Positions 58,437 to 64,000 of a stretch of 64,000 bases of DNA are shown here, piece by piece. Every line of letters starts with the position of its first letter. Within the stretch, counting starts at the first letter, position 1. This stretch comes from a virus, in the IMG/VR virus record IMGVR_UViG_3300023202_000068, positions 32,001-96,000 of that record; one strand, 5' to 3'. The translations under genes were made by a program, and so were the position numbers. The notes under the pieces are model-generated. The model made no database searches. It was not told where the DNA came from and saw only the letters and a list, made by a program, of their open reading frames with translations.

Positions 58437-58759
58437 TGCAAAGCGAATTAATCGGAGCACTTCTAGAGACTATGGACTCAAAGATCTTTTCTTTGGTCCT
58501 ACAGCTTATCGTGGTTGGTGCTATCTTTATGTGGCTAAAGGATTTTAACGGTCGTGTGGTGAACTATTTTAAACTGAGAATGTCTGAGTTTGGAAGGGGA
58601 ACTAAGGTACGTATCGAGGGTATCGAAGGGTACGTAAGACATATTGGCTTCAACGAAGTTGAAATAGTTATTAACGAAAATGAAACCCTTTTAATGCCTG
58701 TTTCTAGATTTATGTCTATCAGTAAGGTAATTATAGTGCAAGGTCCAGTGAAGCCGTGA
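58436..58759 (+). CDS. MscS-like small membrane protein
   Basis: TM helix followed by FGRGTKVRIEGIEGYVRHIG beta domain. Confidence 0.55.
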   Translation: MQSELIGALLETMDSKIFSLVLQLIVVGAIFMWLKDFNGRVVNYFKLRMSEFGRGTKVRIEGIEGYVRHIGFNEVEIVINENETLLMPVSRFMSISKVIIVQGPVKP

Positions 58760-59100
58760 GATGGGAAAGGGGTAGGCAGGGTACAGGTTATTGGATATTT
58801 AAGATATTTAGTGTCTGGACCCTACATTGCGACTGTTATTTAATTTACTACCCCACTGGCAGCTACATCCCACCGCATAAAGACCCTGCAATTGACGGGT
58901 ATGAGCACCACAGAATTAACATTGTCTTGAGACAAGCTGATAAGGGCGGCTGGTTTTGGGTTAGACAGGGTTTTGGCGTAGGCACTACGGATCGCAGTAT
59001 CGTAAGGTTTAGACCAGACATACAAGAGCACAGTGTTGATAGAGTTTTAGAAGGGTCAAGGTTAGTATTTTCCTTTGGTTGGCTTAGAAAGGCAGTGTGA
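58756..59100 (+). CDS. small 2OG-Fe(II) oxygenase
   Basis: YPTGSYIPPHKD...RFRPDIQEHSV...RLVFS. Confidence 0.8.
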   Translation: MRWERGRQGTGYWIFKIFSVWTLHCDCYLIYYPTGSYIPPHKDPAIDGYEHHRINIVLRQADKGGWFWVRQGFGVGTTDRSIVRFRPDIQEHSVDRVLEGSRLVFSFGWLRKAV

Positions 59101-59262
59101 TGTTTAAAAGCTACTGGTTAATTGGTGTCAACCCTTCAGGTTGTGAGCATTTTGAGATTATCAACACACTACACAGCTATGATGGTAACTTTACATACCG
59201 TAGATGGTCAAAAATCTTTGAACTGTTTGGTCGTGGCTTTTATTTAAGAGGAAGGTTGTTTC

Positions 59263-59889
59263 GTGAATAAAAATGTATTTTTTACTTCGGACTGGCACAT
59301 CGGGCACGATATGGTTATCAAGTATAGTAATCGTCCATTTAACGATTGTGAACATATGCACCGCGTACTTATTAACAACTATAACTCCACTGTAGGCAAG
59401 CACGATATTTGTTACTTCCTAGGTGATATCGGACTAGTTAACGGTGAGGTTATTAAAGAGGTGATATCTAAGCTCAACGGCACCAAGATATTAATTCAAG
59501 GCAATCACGATGCCAAGGGTAGACAGTTTTGGATGACTGCTGGGTTTGTCACGGTACTCCATTCAGCTTCCATCAGGGTAGCCAGAGAGACTGTTACGAT
59601 GTCTCACTGTCCACTCCAAGGCCTATATAGAGAGGACACGTCACAGATGCGTAATGGCGGTGAAAACTGGCATGGTGAGGCTAAACACATTAGGAATGGC
59701 TTTTCCCTACCAGATTTTGGCCAGTTCCACCTGCACGGTCACATACATAGTCCAAACGGCGGTAAGTCCAAGAGAATACTGGGAAAACAGTTTGATGTAG
59801 GCGTTGATGCAAATAAGTATAGACCCGTGTCGATTTCTGAGATAGAATCATGGGTAGCAAAGACAAAAAAGGGAGATAGGGTTGTATAA
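59263..59889 (+). CDS. calcineurin-like metallophosphoesterase
   Basis: FTSDWHIGH, LGD, GNHD, HGHIH, DVGVD. Confidence 0.9.
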   Translation: MNKNVFFTSDWHIGHDMVIKYSNRPFNDCEHMHRVLINNYNSTVGKHDICYFLGDIGLVNGEVIKEVISKLNGTKILIQGNHDAKGRQFWMTAGFVTVLHSASIRVARETVTMSHCPLQGLYREDTSQMRNGGENWHGEAKHIRNGFSLPDFGQFHLHGHIHSPNGGKSKRILGKQFDVGVDANKYRPVSISEIESWVAKTKKGDRVV

Positions 59890-60970
59890 TCCAAACTTTG
59901 AAGCTTTAGATAGACTGCATGAGGAAGGATACTTACGTAAGTTTGTATCTAGCTGCGGTAGGCTTTTTGGTTACAACTACACAGACAAGTGTGTTTATGA
60001 CAGGCATTGGAATAAGCATACTTTGAATGCGCGTGGAACTGTTTATGAAAAAAGTACAGGAAAGGTTGTAGCCAGAGCATTTCCAAAGTTTTTTAACTTT
60101 GAAGAGCTGGCTGTTTCAAAGCAACGCGCTCTGTTAAAAGAAAAAGACTTCTATGCCTTTTGGAAAGAAGACGGTTCTCTAGGGGTTATGTATTTTTATG
60201 ACGGCGATTGGCACATTAATACTCGCGGATCATTTAACTCAGAGCAAGCGGTTGAAGCTGAAAAGATTATGGAAAAATATGACTTCCACAAGCTTGATCA
60301 AACTTACACTTATCTTGTAGAAATTGTATATCCAGAGAATAGAATTATTATGGATTATGGAGATACCAGACAGCTAGTAATGCTAACTGCGATTCACACT
60401 AGTACTGGTGTGGAAATGAAGCCTGGTGAGCTGCAGGTTTACGGCAACACCTTAAAGTTTCCAGTTTGCGACTCCCATCAGTTTGACAACATTGATCAAA
60501 TAATACAGCACCAGCAAGATATGGGGAAGTTAGAAGAAGGCTACGTGGTCTTATTCCAATCTGGTGAGCGTGTAAAGTTTAAGTCCAAAGAATATATGAA
60601 ACTAGCCGCTTTAATGTCGCACATGACACCTTTGCATTTTTGGAAGAATATGGTAGACGGTCGTTTTGACAAGGATTTTTTAGAGCAATTTCCAGAAGAA
60701 GTTAGACCAGAGGCTGATGAAATAGCTACTAAGTTAGTTCACAACTATCTATTTACTAAAAATGAAATAATTGAAGACTTCGTTGATTTAGATGAGGTTA
60801 ATGGCTTCTTTCTTAAGGAAAATTACGACGGTAGTATAAAAAAATATTTAGGTTTGAACTTAGACCGATTTCGACATCCTAATGCTTTATTTTTAATATT
60901 AGATAATAATGAAGAAAAATTAGATAAGTATATTATGAAGCGAATTAGACCTAAGGCGAATGAGCTGTAA
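59882..60970 (+). CDS. rnlA: RNA ligase 1 (T4 RnlA family)
   Basis: ARG...FPKFFN; KEDGS; TRGSF; EIVYPENRI; EGYV; RVKFK. Confidence 0.9.
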   Translation: MYNPNFEALDRLHEEGYLRKFVSSCGRLFGYNYTDKCVYDRHWNKHTLNARGTVYEKSTGKVVARAFPKFFNFEELAVSKQRALLKEKDFYAFWKEDGSLGVMYFYDGDWHINTRGSFNSEQAVEAEKIMEKYDFHKLDQTYTYLVEIVYPENRIIMDYGDTRQLVMLTAIHTSTGVEMKPGELQVYGNTLKFPVCDSHQFDNIDQIIQHQQDMGKLEEGYVVLFQSGERVKFKSKEYMKLAALMSHMTPLHFWKNMVDGRFDKDFLEQFPEEVRPEADEIATKLVHNYLFTKNEIIEDFVDLDEVNGFFLKENYDGSIKKYLGLNLDRFRHPNALFLILDNNEEKLDKYIMKRIRPKANEL

Positions 60971-60980
60971 GGAGAAGTTA

Positions 60981-61358
60981 ATGAGTTTAGATATTACACT
61001 TAAAGGTAAAGAAATACCCTGTCCTGAGTGCTCTAGGTGTTGGAGTTGTGATGGTACAGGCACAGTTAGAGAATCTTTATACGAAAGCAATATAACACAT
61101 AATCTAACCACCATGGCAGAGCAAGCTGGGCTTTATAAGTTTATTTGGAGACCAGAGGAAACTCACGTAACTCAAGCTGCTGACCTGATAAAGCCTTTAC
61201 AAAAAGGCTTGAAGCTTTTAAAATCAGATAGAGCCCGATTTGAGAAATTTAACCCAGAAAATGGGTGAGGTACATACGAGGGTTTAGTTGAATTTGTTGA
61301 GGCTTATTTAGCCGCATGTAAGGAAAACCCCAACACAACAATTCATGCGTGCGGATAG
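60981..61358 (+). pseudogene. phage hypothetical gene interrupted by an in-frame TGA (or read through)
   Basis: ...FNPENG-TGA(61266)-GTYEGLVEFVEAYLAACKENP...; homologs I recall read NPxNGWGxY. Confidence 0.55.
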
Positions 61359-61372
61359 ACTAGGAGATTAAG

Positions 61373-62143
61373 TTGATCATTATAGGCGATGTGCATGGAA
61401 ATTTTAAAACTATGGAAGCTTTGCTCCAAAAAATTCCAACTGAGGAATTAAAAAAGGGAGTGGTGTTCGTAGGAGATCTTATTGATCGTGGACCCATGTC
61501 TGCTGATGTGGTTGAGTTTGTAAGGACTACAGACTGGGCTCAAACTGTGCGTGGAAATCACGAGCAAATGATGATTGACGAGGGTTTAAAAGAAGCCGCG
61601 CATTTTATGAGAAACGGTACTTTCAATATGCATGTTAATCAATACGGTGTTTACAGTAGCTTGTGGTTGGTAAATGGCGGCAAGGAAACCCTAGAGTCTT
61701 ATGTCGATATTGATGAAGATACAAAAAGACCTGTATTTGATATGGATGTTTTTATAGACCACACTGAGTGGTTAAAAAACTTACCTCTTTACTTGGAGTT
61801 TAAAGATGTTAAAAATGACAAAGGAGAGCACCTACTGGTCTCTCATTCTTCTGCTGGCACAGTGTGGAAGTGGAGCCCTGAAAGACGCAAAACAAACGCT
61901 AAGCAATTTGCTGCTCACCTTACTTGGGGTAGGCCTCGTCAGTTCAAGCCAATTGATAATATTTACAATGTGTTTGGGCATACTCCTGTTCCAAACGGTC
62001 CTAGACTTAAAAGCTTCTATGCAAATGTAGACACCGGAGCTTTTTATAAAGAACAATCGGGATATTTTAAGTTGACAGCTTTACAATTTCCTGAGATGAT
62101 AGTCTACGAACAGGAAAATATAGATGATATTAGATACAGATAA
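61373..62143 (+). CDS. Ser/Thr protein phosphatase (lambda NinI/PrpA-like)
   Basis: GDVHG, GDLIDRGP, RGNHE, FGHTP, VDTGA. Confidence 0.9.
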   Translation: MIIIGDVHGNFKTMEALLQKIPTEELKKGVVFVGDLIDRGPMSADVVEFVRTTDWAQTVRGNHEQMMIDEGLKEAAHFMRNGTFNMHVNQYGVYSSLWLVNGGKETLESYVDIDEDTKRPVFDMDVFIDHTEWLKNLPLYLEFKDVKNDKGEHLLVSHSSAGTVWKWSPERRKTNAKQFAAHLTWGRPRQFKPIDNIYNVFGHTPVPNGPRLKSFYANVDTGAFYKEQSGYFKLTALQFPEMIVYEQENIDDIRYR

Positions 62144-62750
62144 AAAGACATTAGAGTTTCATGAGTTTGAGGTCAAGTTTAGACTTGACGAATCTAAACT
62201 TAATGATTGGAAGCAACTCATAAGAGATTATGCTAATTCCGACGGTAGTGGATATAAAGACTTTGTCTACGTTGATTCTGACGACATATATTTTACTCGT
62301 GAATCTACTTCCGAAGATGTTGATTATGAATTTATCAGATATCGCTTTTCAGATGGAGAAAAGCGTGCAGAACTTACAACAAAAAGAAAGTTGAAAGACA
62401 GTAACAATATTATTCGCAAAGAGCAGAACGTGCGAGTAGACAATAATGATAGGGAAACAATACATGAATTTGTCACGGATGGTCTTGGCTTCGATTATAA
62501 TTTTCGTATTACTAAGTATGTCCAAATTTATATTTTTAAGGACGCTACACTCCCTTTTTATACGGTTGTGGACGAAAATAAAAAGCGCGACACTTTTGTC
62601 GAAATTGAAGTCGATGAGAAACTTTTACACAGCATAACTGAAGAAGAAGCTTGGGCTATTATTAATAAGTACGAAAAGCTTCTAGAGCCTTTGGGGATTA
62701 CACCTAGAAACAGACTTCGTAAGTCTTTGTTTGAGATGTATAAGCGATAA
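62124..62750 (+). CDS. CYTH/triphosphate tunnel metalloenzyme
   Basis: EFEVKF (ExExK); DIYF; IRYR; FVEIE. Confidence 0.8.
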   Translation: MILDTDKKTLEFHEFEVKFRLDESKLNDWKQLIRDYANSDGSGYKDFVYVDSDDIYFTRESTSEDVDYEFIRYRFSDGEKRAELTTKRKLKDSNNIIRKEQNVRVDNNDRETIHEFVTDGLGFDYNFRITKYVQIYIFKDATLPFYTVVDENKKRDTFVEIEVDEKLLHSITEEEAWAIINKYEKLLEPLGITPRNRLRKSLFEMYKR

Positions 62751-62853
62751 CATAGACTATATTGCACACTAAGATTTGTAAGTGACAGTGTATTGATTTT
62801 CATGGTAATTATTTTGAATCGATGAGTGCGGAAAAGTAGTAAAGATACGGACG

Positions 62854-63438
62854 ATGATGGTACAAAAACATATAGATAATATAGGTAAGTCCTATGGCTG
62901 GTTAACAATTTTAGGTGTCAGTCGCAATAAATATTACAAATATACGTGTATATGTGAGTGCGGTAATTTGTCACAGCCCAACGCACACGCTGTATTAAAT
63001 GGCTCGACAATTAGTTGTGGGTGTTATTGGGAATACAGTGTTCGTGGTGAAAAGAAAAATAAGCCTAGAAGTGATATAAAATATGGCAAAAAATCTTCTG
63101 CAGCCAATTATGTATTTCACACTTACAAGAGAAACGCTAGTAAAAGAGGTTTGATCTTTATGTTAAATAAAGATCAATTTGTTGATTTAATTGTTAAAGA
63201 CTGTTGTTATTGTGGATGTAGTCCCCAGCAGGCTTCTAGGTATTGGGGTAAGGATAAAAGCCCTAAATTTATTTACAATGGTGTGGACAGGGTGGATAAT
63301 AATCTAGGATACACGTTAGATAATTGCGTGGCTTGTTGTAATACCTGCAACAAAGCCAAGAGCGATAAGAGTTTAGAAGAATTCAAAGACTGGATTTGTA
63401 ATTTAATAAATTTTTATAAAGGAGCAAAAATTGAATAA
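62854..63438 (+). mobile_element. free-standing HNH homing endonuclease gene
   Basis: CICECG..SCGC N-terminus; CCYCG; NGVDRVDNNLGYTLDNCVACCNTCNKAK. Confidence 0.8.
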
Positions 63439-64000
63439 AAATAAAAAAACTATTCGCTTGGAAGTAGAAGGAACTGACGGTGCTGGAAAAACTACAGCGT
63501 TAAAATATGTTTTAGAAAAACTACAGCAAGCAGAGTCTAGGGTACTTGAGACTCGCGAGGTTGGGTCACCACTTATCCCAAGCTGTGTTGAACTTAGAAA
63601 ACTTGTATTGAATCCAGAGTCAAATCTATCAGGATCTGCAATGGAACTTATCTTTGCCGCCATGCGCGTTGAAAATGATCGTTTTTACGAAAAAGTTTCA
63701 AATCAGTATGACTTTATCTTGTCTGATCGAGGTTGGTTTTCTCACCTTGCTTACACTGACCATAATGTCAGCGAAGATTTTACAAAAGAGTTTTACGTAG
63801 ATTTTCTTGAAGACATCACAACACTTCCAGACGTTGTCCTTTACTTAAGAGTTGATGGTGAGACAGCACTTCAGAGAAGAATTCGCAGAGGTGAAGAGGC
63901 TGATGTGATTGAACTTAAAGGCCCTGAGTACCAAGAGCTTGTTAGAGGTTCTTTTGAGAAATACCTCAATCATTACAGTGACGTACAGATTATTGAAATT
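63431..64000 (+). CDS. tmk: thymidylate kinase (3'-truncated by window, not in the ORF track)
   Basis: TTG start after AAGGAG; EGTDGAGKTT, TREVG, LSDRG, LPDVVLYL. Confidence 0.9.
   Translation, partial: MNKNKKTIRLEVEGTDGAGKTTALKYVLEKLQQAESRVLETREVGSPLIPSCVELRKLVLNPESNLSGSAMELIFAAMRVENDRFYEKVSNQYDFILSDRGWFSHLAYTDHNVSEDFTKEFYVDFLEDITTLPDVVLYLRVDGETALQRRIRRGEEADVIELKGPEYQELVRGSFEKYLNHYSDVQIIEI

Noticed and set aside
62751-63438. Group I intron around the HNH gene
   Set aside because: Flanking CYTH and tmk genes look intact and no intron core was recognisable; treated as a free-standing endonuclease.
1-64000. Genome-wide stop-codon reassignment
   Set aside because: TAA, TAG and TGA all terminate genes with tight packing; only one suspicious TGA was seen (61266).

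Overview
This window is part of a large lytic myophage genome (contractile tail, standard genetic code, probably a Gram-negative host). 1-20 kb: virion genes (probable head-internal proteins, neck, tail sheath, tail tube, fibres). 20-22.5 kb: a minus-strand block with holin- and spanin-like genes, a winged-helix-like gene and an iteron-like repeat array. 22.5-24 kb: tail chaperone-like genes. 25-39.8 kb: early region with repeated sigma70-type promoters, then nucleotidyltransferase, DUF3445 and NAD salvage genes. 40-45.4 kb: a detached tape measure/hub/spike unit. 45.5-64 kb: exported proteins, tRNA-Ile, oxygenases, RNA repair, phosphoesterases, CYTH, HNH and tmk. Most notable: (1) a phage mCpol-like nucleotide-cyclase domain among the head genes, with an acidic tail and a strong candidate -1 frameshift (A_AAA_AAG plus hairpin) that would add a basic tail; (2) two candidate ~70-nt sRNAs, each with its own promoter and terminator, complementary to ribosome-binding sites of specific phage genes; (3) a ~200-nt tRNA-like ncRNA; (4) two paralogous modules pairing a stalk lipoprotein with a small beta-strand outer-membrane protein. 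All family calls come from motif recognition by eye; no searches or folding programs were run.
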